The notes under the pieces are model-generated. The model did not search any database. It saw only the letters and a program-made list of their open reading frames with translations, and had not been told where the DNA came from. A DNA stretch of 35,071 nucleotides. Origin: Candidatus Scalinduaceae bacterium. GTDB lineage: Bacteria; Planctomycetota; Brocadiia; Brocadiales; Scalinduaceae. A program made the position numbers and the translations under genes. The DNA lies in NCBI GenBank assembly GCA_046759445.1, contig JBHICG010000032.1, forward strand, positions 1-35,071, read 5' to 3'. Position 1 is the stretch's first letter; the number at the start of each line of letters is the position of its first letter. Positions 9,180 through 18,430 of this stretch are shown in pieces.

Positions 9180-10730
9180 ATGCGTAAAATTACTTTTCTC
9201 ATTATTACTTATTTTTTGCTGGTATCATCAGTAAATGCACAAGGGTATTTTTTAACCGACAATGATACTGTTACGCTATCAGTACCATCCGAATTAACCC
9301 TCCTAAAGGTATCACTAAAAGACGGTGCGGAACTTAAAATAGGCGACAAGATCAGAGAAGGGGATTTTATAGCCCTGTTTGTAGACCGGGACCATAACAA
9401 AGTAACTGTTACTGCAGGTATTACGGGAGAAATTACATATGTAAATGAGTCCTTTTATAAAAAATATACGTATATTCCCGTAGGAACCGTTCTTCTCAAA
9501 ATAGCAAAACAGGATATAATTGTTCAATCAACGGCAACTGAAAAAGGCGAGAAAGAACTTTCATTTATTGTGATTTTTAAGAATTTAGTGAAAAGTACAG
9601 GTTTGTATGCGTTGATTGTTGATAACGCAATTGATTGGACAGAAGGTATGGGAAGAGCACTTATGATTAGTGTGGGATTACTTCTCATATATCTCGGCAT
9701 TGCCAGGGAGTTTGAACCACTTCTTCTGATTCCAATAGGAATGGGAGCTGTGCTTTCGAATATTCCTCTTGCCTTTATTAATGAGGAGGGGGGGATTCTT
9801 CGATATGTGTATGATGCCGGTATCAAAACAGGTGTATTCCCACTTATAATTTTTATGGGTGTAGGAGCCATGACAGACTTCGGACCTTTGATCGCGAATC
9901 CACGCACCAGTCTCCTCGGAGCGGCAGCCCAATTTGGCATCTTTTCAACCCTGCTTGGAGCTGTCATTCTGACAAAATATGTTCCAGGCATAGACTTTTC
10001 ACTCAAAGATGCATCATCCATCTCTATTATTGGAGGTGCAGATGGCCCAACCTCTATCTTCCTTGCTTCAAAACTTAGTCCTCGTTTACTTGGGTCAATT
10101 GCAGTTGCCGCATATTCATATATGGCGTTGGTTCCCATAATCCAGCCACCGATAATGAGGTTGCTTACTACTTCTGAGGAACGAAAAATCAAGATGATAC
10201 AACTTAGATATGTTTCCCGTCTGGAGAAGATCATTTTTCCAATTGTTGTTATCATCATCTGTGCACTATTACTTCCATCGGCTGCACCGCTTATAGGGTT
10301 CCTGATGTTTGGAAACCTCATGCGAGAATCTGGTGTGGTCCAGCGATTGAGTGATACGACTCAGAATGCACTTATCAATACAGTGACGATTTTCCTTGGT
10401 CTTGGTGTGGGCAGTAAACTATCGGCTGATAAATTTCTTAATCTCGAGACGTTGGGTATTGTAGTTCTTGGCCTTTTTGCCTTCTCTTTTGGAACCGCTT
10501 CTGGAGTGCTGATGGCAAAAATCATGAATTTATTATCATCCAGAAAGACTAACCCTCTTATCGGATCTGCTGGTGTTTCAGCCGTTCCCATGGCAGCCAG
10601 AGTATCGAACAGGGTGGGGCTTGAAGAGGACCACCATAATTTCCTCCTGATGCATGCAATGGGACCTAATGTTGCTGGAGTGATCGGCTCTGCGGTTGCT
10701 GCTGGTGTGCTTCTTTCTGTGTTTTTGTAA
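9180..10730 (+). CDS. oadB: Na+-translocating decarboxylase beta subunit with N-terminal extension
   Basis: [65 protein letters not shown]; extra ~125 aa at the N-terminus. Confidence 0.95.
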   Translation: MRKITFLIITYFLLVSSVNAQGYFLTDNDTVTLSVPSELTLLKVSLKDGAELKIGDKIREGDFIALFVDRDHNKVTVTAGITGEITYVNESFYKKYTYIPVGTVLLKIAKQDIIVQSTATEKGEKELSFIVIFKNLVKSTGLYALIVDNAIDWTEGMGRALMISVGLLLIYLGIAREFEPLLLIPIGMGAVLSNIPLAFINEEGGILRYVYDAGIKTGVFPLIIFMGVGAMTDFGPLIANPRTSLLGAAAQFGIFSTLLGAVILTKYVPGIDFSLKDASSISIIGGADGPTSIFLASKLSPRLLGSIAVAAYSYMALVPIIQPPIMRLLTTSEERKIKMIQLRYVSRLEKIIFPIVVIIICALLLPSAAPLIGFLMFGNLMRESGVVQRLSDTTQNALINTVTIFLGLGVGSKLSADKFLNLETLGIVVLGLFAFSFGTASGVLMAKIMNLLSSRKTNPLIGSAGVSAVPMAARVSNRVGLEEDHHNFLLMHAMGPNVAGVIGSAVAAGVLLSVFL

Positions 10731-10826
10731 GATAAAGATAATTGAATGTGACGGTTAATGTGGACAAAGTAAAGGAGTGGTTGTTTTTAAATTTCTAATT
10801 ATACAAGAATTGAAGGTGATGGGAAT

Positions 10827-11174
10827 TTATTCATCTGGAACATAAACCACTTTGCCACCTTTAAGTATATACGCAGTACCAAGGCGTTTACCTTCACCCT
10901 TTAGTTTGTTTGATGTGAGTTTTTTAATTTTAATTTCCTTACCCTTTTTCATTACCAGTTCAAACTCCCCGTTTTGTTTCTTTTTCATAATAGTCAGTTC
11001 AGATTCCGGTGTAAATATCTCAATGAGACTGTAAGCACTTATAAGTGCAAACAATAATCCTACAATGAATACCAGTCCCACGTCAAAAAGATTTGCAACT
11101 CCACCCAGTGGGTCTTCCGTGTGTAAGTCAACATGTTTCCCAATAATTCTACGTCTTCTCTTTAGAAATTTCAT
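10827..11174 (-). CDS. DUF2149 (HmuV-like) membrane protein
   Basis: EDPLGGVANLFDV, G.G.RLGTAY...G.VVYVP; overlaps the upstream MotA/ExbB-like gene. Confidence 0.85.
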   Translation of the reverse strand: MKFLKRRRRIIGKHVDLHTEDPLGGVANLFDVGLVFIVGLLFALISAYSLIEIFTPESELTIMKKKQNGEFELVMKKGKEIKIKKLTSNKLKGEGKRLGTAYILKGGKVVYVPDE

Positions 11175-11802
11175 ATTTTCTCATTACGCCTTCTGTTAGG
11201 TATTCTATGTTTTTAATATCCTCGTTTAACCACCTGTTCTGCAACATGGAGGTGAAATAAGCGCCAATACCAATAAGAAGGCCAATTACTGTTGTGCTGA
11301 ATGCTATAATCATACTGCCGGACATTTTTTCTATGTCACCTTGAGATAGTGCTGCAAGGGCGCTACCCATGGGAATAATTGTCCCCATAAGACCAAGGCT
11401 GGGCCCCACCCTTATCAACAACCTCAATCCGTCTAATTTCTTTGTCATTTGCTGTTCTCTACTCTGCAACAGATACTCAACTCTCATATCCGTATCATTA
11501 CCACTCTTTTTCAGTTCTTGAACTATATCCATAAAATAATTTCTTGTATTATGCGGTAATCTAGGACTGAATTCTTCGACACGTTTTATAATATCGTGAA
11601 GTTCGCTGTTATTAATGTTGCCTATTAATTCTTTAGCATTATGCTTAACCAGATGTCTTCTTCTTGATATATATTCTCCAAGGAATCTTCCCATCGTAAT
11701 AATAAGCATCATGAGTAAGCAAATTAACAAAATTATTACCGGATATATTAATGCAGAGGAAATTGTATATAGAATTGCTTGAAGGTACGTAATTACACTC
11801 AT
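11149..11802 (-). CDS. MotA/TolQ/ExbB proton-channel family protein (HmuU-like)
   Basis: GPSLGLMGTIIPM...AFSTTVIGL; paired with DUF2149. Confidence 0.88.
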   Translation of the reverse strand: MSVITYLQAILYTISSALIYPVIILLICLLMMLIITMGRFLGEYISRRRHLVKHNAKELIGNINNSELHDIIKRVEEFSPRLPHNTRNYFMDIVQELKKSGNDTDMRVEYLLQSREQQMTKKLDGLRLLIRVGPSLGLMGTIIPMGSALAALSQGDIEKMSGSMIIAFSTTVIGLLIGIGAYFTSMLQNRWLNEDIKNIEYLTEGVMRKYEISKEKT

Positions 11803-11816
11803 GGATTTCCTTTTTT

Positions 11817-12533
11817 TTACTTATAATCTTCCAGTTTAAAGTTAAATGCAATCTTCTTGATGGTAGTAAACGGAACACCTAATCGCTTAGCAGGTATAAA
11901 GGCTGCTTTCTTTAGTGCTTGACGGGCTGCCTTATCCAGGGATTTACAACCTGCTGAACTTAATATGTCAATATTAGCACACTTACCATTACTCTGGATT
12001 GTTACTTCCAATACAGTTGTCCCTTCATGACCACGTCTTTTACAACTTAAAGGGTAAACGGGCTTAAATACATTCTTAATCATAGCACCTATTAACACGC
12101 CTTTTTCCTTAACATCCGCTATTATCTCTTTGGAATCCTTAATGGTTGTATCTTTTTTCTGTATTTGTGACTGTTTAATATTGACTTCATTTTGAGTCTT
12201 AAAATATTCAGTACTATATGTTACTTCTTTCTGTTTTTGTTCTATATTTTCTTCAACCTTCACCCGCTCCCCTTTTGGATTTTCCTGTTTTTGTAAAGGT
12301 TTAGGATTTTCGACTGCTTTTTCTTCTATCTTGTGGACATCTTCTTGTATGTCATTCACAGATTCTGTGGAAGCAATTGATGCTATTGATGGTATAAGGT
12401 GCATCTTGAGGCTGGACTCACCCTTCTTGAATATCACTTCTGGTTCAGAAGTAACATTTGAGGTCATTACTAATGCCGCTAGGTGTAATGCTAAGGCTAT
12501 TAATCCGGCTATAAATAAATCCTTCTTAAGCAT
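11817..12533 (-). CDS. tonB: Energy transducer TonB
   Basis: N-terminal TM with ALALH, charged linker, C-terminal KPVYP...GHEGT...SAG...LDKAA...F.PA domain. Confidence 0.9.
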   Translation of the reverse strand: MLKKDLFIAGLIALALHLAALVMTSNVTSEPEVIFKKGESSLKMHLIPSIASIASTESVNDIQEDVHKIEEKAVENPKPLQKQENPKGERVKVEENIEQKQKEVTYSTEYFKTQNEVNIKQSQIQKKDTTIKDSKEIIADVKEKGVLIGAMIKNVFKPVYPLSCKRRGHEGTTVLEVTIQSNGKCANIDILSSAGCKSLDKAARQALKKAAFIPAKRLGVPFTTIKKIAFNFKLEDYK

Positions 12534-12589
12534 AACGGCTATAAATTTTCTACAGATACTTCATCTAATTTTATAGTCTTGAGAATAAA

Positions 12590-12615
12590 GGTGGATTCGC
12601 TTCGCTTAATCCAAC
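12590..12615. repeat. REP-like short palindrome between exbD and tonB
   Basis: GGTGGATT-CGCTTCGCTT-AATCCAAC; TGGATT/AATCCA stem. Confidence 0.45.
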
Positions 12616-12629
12616 AATAATAGACTAAA

Positions 12630-13043
12630 TTATTTGACTTTCTTTTCAATAGGTTGTGTTTCAAAATGTACTTCCTTGATCTCATCTTTTCTCAGAGTAT
12701 CAAGTACGTTTATTACTACTCCAAGGTCAGCTTTCTTATCACCGTTAATGAATATCTTTGTTTCTTTTTTAGACCTTGCCTTTATTGCTTCTGATAGGTT
12801 TTCGAGTAGGATTTCTATCTTATCAAAATATATCTTGTTATCCTTATCCACAGTGATAGAAACATAATCTTTTCTGTCTATCTCTGCCGTTGTTGCCTGT
12901 GGGAGTTCTATTTTTAGTCCACGATGAACCACCATGGATAACATCGCATAAATAAAGAAAACCAATAGGAGAAAGACGATATCAATCAATGGTATCATCT
13001 CAATCCTTGGACTTTTTCTTCTCAGATTAAGGTTTATCTTCAT
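12630..13043 (-). CDS. exbD: Biopolymer transport protein ExbD
   Basis: IPLIDIVFLLLVFF, IELPQA, GDKKA..G.V..VLD. Confidence 0.93.
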   Translation of the reverse strand: MKINLNLRRKSPRIEMIPLIDIVFLLLVFFIYAMLSMVVHRGLKIELPQATTAEIDRKDYVSITVDKDNKIYFDKIEILLENLSEAIKARSKKETKIFINGDKKADLGVVINVLDTLRKDEIKEVHFETQPIEKKVK

Positions 13044-13641
13044 CTTTAGCTTTTTTGTGAATTATTTCGAGATTGGTTGTACACTTTTCTATACTTCGCG
13101 CAGATCTTTCTACTTTAACAATAAAGTAGTTGTATGGAATTATAGTGGCAAGGGCAATAGTTAAACCAGCCGCTGTGGTAAATAAAGCCTGTGCTATCCC
13201 TCCTGTAACTGCCTTTGGGTCCTCAATACCGGCCTGTCCAAGGAAATCAAAAGAGATTATAATTCCGATCACTGTTCCCAGAATTCCGAGCAAGGGAGCC
13301 ATAGTTATTATTGTATCCAGAATAACCATCCCTCTTTTCATTTTGTCTATTTCGTCTTCTGCTGCCATTTCAAGTGCATTTAACATGGAAGACTTATGAT
13401 GTGAAAGGGCAAAGCATACTATCCTTATTAAGTAATCTTTTGACTTCTTGCCAAGAATCAAGGCTTTTTCATGAAATCCTTTTTCAATTTCTATAAATAT
13501 CTCATCCAACAACCTTCGATCCATCCTCCTTTTCTCCTTTGACCAGAAGATAATTCGTTCAATAGTAATTGTAAGGGAAATAAATGAACAAATTAACAGG
13601 GGATACATTACGGGGCCACCTTTTAGAATGAGATTCAGCAT
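13027..13641 (-). CDS. exbB: Biopolymer transport protein ExbB
   Basis: GGPVMYPL, APLLGILGTVIG, GGIAQALFTTAAGL. Start moved to ATG 13641, overlapping the cobN-like stop. Confidence 0.92.
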   Translation of the reverse strand: MLNLILKGGPVMYPLLICSFISLTITIERIIFWSKEKRRMDRRLLDEIFIEIEKGFHEKALILGKKSKDYLIRIVCFALSHHKSSMLNALEMAAEDEIDKMKRGMVILDTIITMAPLLGILGTVIGIIISFDFLGQAGIEDPKAVTGGIAQALFTTAAGLTIALATIIPYNYFIVKVERSARSIEKCTTNLEIIHKKAKDEDKP

Positions 13642-16600
13642 TGTTTTCTTCCCTTTCTCCATCCATAGTAGAATAATCCTATACAAATTAAAAATATGGT
13701 AATAGATATCCAGGACATGTTTGATGTTCTTAAACCTTTTTCCATTTCCTGTTTTTCCTCTTCCATTTCATATCCTTCTATTACTTCTGTTTTTTCGGAA
13801 CCTTCATTTTCTGTTTTTTGTTCAGTAATCTTCTCAGGTATTTCTTCCTGCCTCATTTGCCCGGGACCCTGTGCAAGCATGACAGCCTGTGCTTTAACAA
13901 TCTTGTCCACTCCTTCTTCTCTCTTGTTTAGTCCCCTACCCGTTGCAACCCTCATTATCTCTGTGTACTTAGCCAGAGCCTCACGACTTAATAAGTTGGC
14001 ATTAGCTACAACATCCATTGCGTATTTTTCTAAGACAGGATTATTACAAATAAGTTCGCTGCACGCGGCACCATGTTCTGTCACGGATTTAATGTATTCA
14101 GTTGCCAGGGTTTGTTTGACTTCTTCAGTAGGTTGCCAATAGCCTTTTCGGGTGGTTTCCAGCATTCGTGCAGTAAGGGCCTGATAGGCATAAGGGTTTT
14201 TTTCTCGGAAAAATTCTTCCAGATCCATCCCGTATTTATCCGCAACGTATACATCAAACGTTTGCTCCCAGCGGGAGGCATCAATTGTTTCCGGCATGGT
14301 AACCTGCCAGCCCCACATATTCTCAACAAATTCGGCCATCTTATTTGCCCCCTCAAAGCCTTCATTTTTCATCCCCTTAATCCACTCTGGATTCCAGTAA
14401 CGGGAACGAAGCTCCATCCCCATCATCCTGTCAATTGCCGTCATCTCCGGCCTGGCAGGATTCATTATGTTTGTAATGACCAGGTCAGGCGATTGACCGT
14501 CCAATTCCCGTATTGCGGCGGCAAGCCCTCCGGCGTACATGAAGAAATCATCGTTATCAAGGGTACCATAGAGATTAGTAGAACGGCTGTGAAGGACCAT
14601 GTCGGTTCCACTTAATACCATCTTATAGACCTCTTTCATCGGTTCTCCCCACAAACCGTTTCCGTAACCATAGCTCATATGACTAAAGTAATCTTCCGTG
14701 ACTACTGACTCGTTTTCCCAGCTTCCACTGGCACTGACAATCCGTGAAACGTTCAGATCATAGCGTCCTGGAGGTTCATCAAAGATACGCACAGCGGCAT
14801 ACTGTTCGGCCTTCTTTTCCGGCCAGCCTTGCTGAATCAATTTTTCTGTAACTTCCCGTATATGTTGGCGAACCAAATTATCATTTTCATCAAGCATTTT
14901 TACCATCTGTACTGCCTGATCGATGTATTGGGTCAGTTGTCCAAACATCTCTTCCGCTGCTGAGGAAACAACGATATCTATCCGGGGACGTCCTAACGTG
15001 TCTTTTGGTATTATTCGGATCCCCGTTACCTTTCCCCATTCGTTCCAGATAGGCTCAATACCTAAGAGGTAAAGTATTTGGGATTCCAGTATTCCCTCAT
15101 GTCGAATGGTTTCCGTTCCCCATATCACAAAGGATAATTTATCAGGATATCTTCCGTTGTTTTCTGCACGATAGTTTTTGAGAAGCTCTTTAGTTAGTTT
15201 AACGCCTACCTGCCATGCCTCCTTTTTTGGTATCTTATCCGGGTTAAAGGCATAAAAGTTTTTTCCGGTAGGTAATGAATTTGGATTTCTTACAGGATCG
15301 TTTCCGGTTCCAGTTGGTATATAACTCCCATTCATGGCCTTGATTGTGCTGGTGAGTTCCCGCCTTGCACTTTTCAGAATGTTCCTATCCAGTTCATCGG
15401 CAGTAACGTCCTTAATTACTTCCTTTATAGCCTGAATGGTAGATGTCCGAAGGGATTCTTCTGGTACCTTACCAAACGTATGCAGTCCATAAGGCATATT
15501 AAGCTGTTTCAATTCCTGCAGATATGATTCAATTTTGTGAATTACTTCGTGACCAAACGTATGCTGACCCTTTTCTTTGGTATCGAGATTAAGTGAATTA
15601 CTAATTTCTATATCCTTCTCAAGCCCCAGCGCCTTAATCTTCTTTATAATATTTTCCATGTATTGCCTTGCCAACGCTGCATCCTGGTCAAGAGCTCTGT
15701 GATGGTCACTGATCAGCTCTTCAAGCTCAGCATATTCGTGATAGAGCCCGCCCTTCTTCAGGGGAGGGATCATATGGTCTATAACTACAGCTGCTCCACG
15801 CCGTTTTGCCACAATCCCTTCGCCAACATCATCCACTATGTAAGGGTAAACTACTGGTAAATCCTGAATCAATGCCTCTGGCGGATCGTCACCTGAAAGA
15901 CCATTACTTTTACCAGGCAACCATTCATGTGTACCATGTGTACCAAAGTGAATAATTACATCTGCTCCAAAGCCGTATTTCAGCCATAAATAAACCCCTA
16001 CGTATTGATGATGTGGCGCCAGATCATCACTGTGATACATGGCTTCCTTATCTTGCAACCAGCCTCTGACCGGCTGTGGAAGTATAACAGCATTCCCGCG
16101 TTGTACTGTGGGAATAACCATAAACTTCTTATTCTGTTTCGGATCTGTCCACATCATTACGTCTGATTCTTCAACTGGTCCCCAGTCCTTGTTTACGTCT
16201 TTAATAAATTCAGCAGGTAATTTCCTGCTCCACTTTCGGTAATCTTCTAAAGACAATAAGACACATTTTCCACCGCTTATCATTTTATCCAGTTCACCCG
16301 GTGCCCAATTGCCTATATTTCGTCCGTAGTTAAGTGAATTATCAAGGAGAACATCCTTATCGATTTTCTCTTGGCCAGTGTTGAAACCGGAATCTTTCAT
16401 TTTTTTTAGGACATTTTCAATACTGGCAAATACGTTTAGATAACTTGCTCCAATCTGTTGCTTTCCCGGTGGGTAGTTCCAATAAAGTATAGCCACCTTC
16501 TTGTTGCTGTTATTTTTCCTTTGCAAATTAAGCCATGCCCTTATGCGATTTACAACACGCTTAACCTGTCCGGGAATATATTTTCGTTGTTCAACAAAAA

Positions 16601-17711
16601 AGCCCGTCTCATCATCTTTTTCCCGCATGCGGTATGAGACGACTGTGGGCTGGACGAGACCTGAGATTTCCGGAACGGCCAACTGCCAGCTTATTTCCAG
16701 AGAACTTAATCCTACGGGATCATTCTCCCACGTCTTTCCGTCCTTTCCATAAACCGTAATCAGATTAACCACAGGTACCCCACATTTTTCTAATGAAGAA
16801 GCAGCTTTAAAATCTGAAAAGCGAAACAAGAAAGAAAGTATGCCTGAAGCCCTTGAAACACCATTGGAATCAATCAGTAATTTTCCGATGACTTCAGAGG
16901 CCGGATAACCAAATGCCGTAAATGCATTCAGACCCTTATCTTCAAGGGTATGGACCAATTTGTCCTCTACAGATGTTTGTCCCTGTTCATAAAAAGAGGA
17001 ATAAGTCAGGACTGCTACCCATTCTGCCCCTTCTTTATAGTAACCTGCTTCACGATACCAACTCTCATATTCTTCAAACGTCTTAAAGATCTTTTCCTCC
17101 TGTTCGTGACGATGGTAATAGGCCATCTTCAATCCTTCTTGGAAAGGTTTGACATTGATTTCTGAAATCCGTAAATATTTCTTTAGTGAAAGCAGGATCA
17201 TGTTTTTGTAGTTTTCCAGGTTTCGATGTTTTGAATAAAAACGAATTTCCTTATCATAAGTCAGGCCAATGGCTGCATATTGTTTATTCAATCCTGCCGT
17301 CTCACCAATCGCCAGGGTTGTTGCACCATTATTAATTACGCCTTTCAATATTTTGGAGTCAAAGCCTGATTGGGTTGGCGTGGATATACGAATACCATGC
17401 ACATCAAACATAATAATATCTGAATCCTTGATTTCCACGGGGTTAAAGCCTGAGTCCAGGTCCGTCTTGCTTATGAGTTCAAAGTCAACTTGATCCTTAA
17501 TGAAAGGATAATCCTGCCAGATTGCCTTAATTGCCTTGACAATACTTGATGTCATGTAGTTTCCCACGATAAATGTGTATTTCTTAGTACTGTTATGGTG
17601 GTTTTCATGTGAATGACCCTCGTGAGCAAGAGAAGGATGTTGAAGGCCAAAAAGAAAAACAAACAAGATTAGAATCGTATACTTTTCTATTTTCAACATG
17701 CCAAACTCCAT
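13635..17711 (-). CDS. CobN/magnesium-chelatase-H family protein (BtuS/HmuS-like), exported and membrane-anchored
   Basis: NYPPGK, IHFGTHGTHEWLPGK, YPYIVDDVGEG..AKRRG, LPTGKNF, GRPRID, NP.WI.GM; N-terminal signal peptide + His-rich tract; C-terminal TM helix. Confidence 0.9.
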   Translation of the reverse strand: MEFGMLKIEKYTILILFVFLFGLQHPSLAHEGHSHENHHNSTKKYTFIVGNYMTSSIVKAIKAIWQDYPFIKDQVDFELISKTDLDSGFNPVEIKDSDIIMFDVHGIRISTPTQSGFDSKILKGVINNGATTLAIGETAGLNKQYAAIGLTYDKEIRFYSKHRNLENYKNMILLSLKKYLRISEINVKPFQEGLKMAYYHRHEQEEKIFKTFEEYESWYREAGYYKEGAEWVAVLTYSSFYEQGQTSVEDKLVHTLEDKGLNAFTAFGYPASEVIGKLLIDSNGVSRASGILSFLFRFSDFKAASSLEKCGVPVVNLITVYGKDGKTWENDPVGLSSLEISWQLAVPEISGLVQPTVVSYRMREKDDETGFFVEQRKYIPGQVKRVVNRIRAWLNLQRKNNSNKKVAILYWNYPPGKQQIGASYLNVFASIENVLKKMKDSGFNTGQEKIDKDVLLDNSLNYGRNIGNWAPGELDKMISGGKCVLLSLEDYRKWSRKLPAEFIKDVNKDWGPVEESDVMMWTDPKQNKKFMVIPTVQRGNAVILPQPVRGWLQDKEAMYHSDDLAPHHQYVGVYLWLKYGFGADVIIHFGTHGTHEWLPGKSNGLSGDDPPEALIQDLPVVYPYIVDDVGEGIVAKRRGAAVVIDHMIPPLKKGGLYHEYAELEELISDHHRALDQDAALARQYMENIIKKIKALGLEKDIEISNSLNLDTKEKGQHTFGHEVIHKIESYLQELKQLNMPYGLHTFGKVPEESLRTSTIQAIKEVIKDVTADELDRNILKSARRELTSTIKAMNGSYIPTGTGNDPVRNPNSLPTGKNFYAFNPDKIPKKEAWQVGVKLTKELLKNYRAENNGRYPDKLSFVIWGTETIRHEGILESQILYLLGIEPIWNEWGKVTGIRIIPKDTLGRPRIDIVVSSAAEEMFGQLTQYIDQAVQMVKMLDENDNLVRQHIREVTEKLIQQGWPEKKAEQYAAVRIFDEPPGRYDLNVSRIVSASGSWENESVVTEDYFSHMSYGYGNGLWGEPMKEVYKMVLSGTDMVLHSRSTNLYGTLDNDDFFMYAGGLAAAIRELDGQSPDLVITNIMNPARPEMTAIDRMMGMELRSRYWNPEWIKGMKNEGFEGANKMAEFVENMWGWQVTMPETIDASRWEQTFDVYVADKYGMDLEEFFREKNPYAYQALTARMLETTRKGYWQPTEEVKQTLATEYIKSVTEHGAACSELICNNPVLEKYAMDVVANANLLSREALAKYTEIMRVATGRGLNKREEGVDKIVKAQAVMLAQGPGQMRQEEIPEKITEQKTENEGSEKTEVIEGYEMEEEKQEMEKGLRTSNMSWISITIFLICIGLFYYGWRKGRKQC

Positions 17712-17751
17712 TACATCTTCTTTTTTTTGTAAGTTTTTATTATCAGTTTCA

Positions 17752-17804
17752 AATCCCCCTTAATCCCCCCGCTGCAAGCAAGATGCGGGGGGAAATTGGG
17801 GATT
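17752..17804. repeat. GC-rich palindromic hairpin (REP-like) between DUF4430 and cobN-like genes
   Basis: AATCCCC..TAATCCCCCCGC / GCGGGGGGAAATTGGGGATT inverted repeat. Confidence 0.6.
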
Positions 17805-17861
17805 AAACTAGAGCTTTGATTGCGTCTATGATATGTTATTGATTTTGTAGTTACTCCTGAT

Positions 17862-18245
17862 TTACTTATTTATTTTAGGAGAACAGATATCCTTGGTATA
17901 AATCCATTTTGTGTTATCATCTTTATGGAGGATACGTTCAAAGGCCAATTTGTCCGCACGCTTACCATTAATTTCATAGTACCATGCTTTATCTCCACGT
18001 TTGCCTTTAACACCGTCAATAGAAGTAACGAATACATAATCGTTAACCTGATGCGTTTCTACTTGGGCAACAGACTGAAGCACATCTAGGGCAGTTATTC
18101 CTTCTTTCCATTGTGTCTCTACTTCACGAAACTGACGTGTACTACCATAGTCAATTCCAACCTTTACTTTTTCATCTGCACAGGCTACTGCGCATAAAAT
18201 GGTTATGTAAGTAAAAACAACACTAATTTTACTTATGACTTTCAT
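17862..18245 (-). CDS. Exported DUF4430 (transcobalamin C-terminal-like) protein
   Basis: Signal peptide; TALDVLQ...FVTSIDGVKG...WYYEING..A...D...W.Y pattern; in a B12-riboswitch operon. Confidence 0.8.
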   Translation of the reverse strand: MKVISKISVVFTYITILCAVACADEKVKVGIDYGSTRQFREVETQWKEGITALDVLQSVAQVETHQVNDYVFVTSIDGVKGKRGDKAWYYEINGKRADKLAFERILHKDDNTKWIYTKDICSPKINK

Positions 18246-18306
18246 TTACCCATTCTCCTTTCTAAAAAAAGATGATTTTACAGAGTAATAGTATAAACTT
18301 GCATAC

Positions 18307-18430
18307 TGTAGCGGAATACCTTTGGGTTTCCATTACGACGGAGACCAAACGCAACATTTTTTACATTTTGTACTAATGTTTACAAATTTGTACTCGACGT
18401 TTATTGGAGGTCTAAAAGACCTCCGCTACA
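18307..18430. repeat. Degenerate GTAG-type REP doublet (REPIN-like) at the 3' end of the receptor gene
   Basis: TGTAGCGGA (18307-18315) and TCCGCTACA (18422-18430) are inverted; each adjoins a short hairpin (GGAGGTCT-AAA-AGACCTCC is perfect). Confidence 0.6.

Noticed and set aside
9524..10321. 265-aa antisense ORF inside oadB
   Set aside because: Shadow ORF of a conserved membrane-protein gene; no independent signals.
13696..17493. Several plus-strand ORFs within the cobN-like gene
   Set aside because: Antisense shadows without RBS or motifs.
13635..17711. Calling this gene canonical cobN of aerobic B12 synthesis
   Set aside because: Export signal, TM anchor, no ATPase partners in the window and transport-gene context fit the BtuS/HmuS-like group, so no symbol is given.
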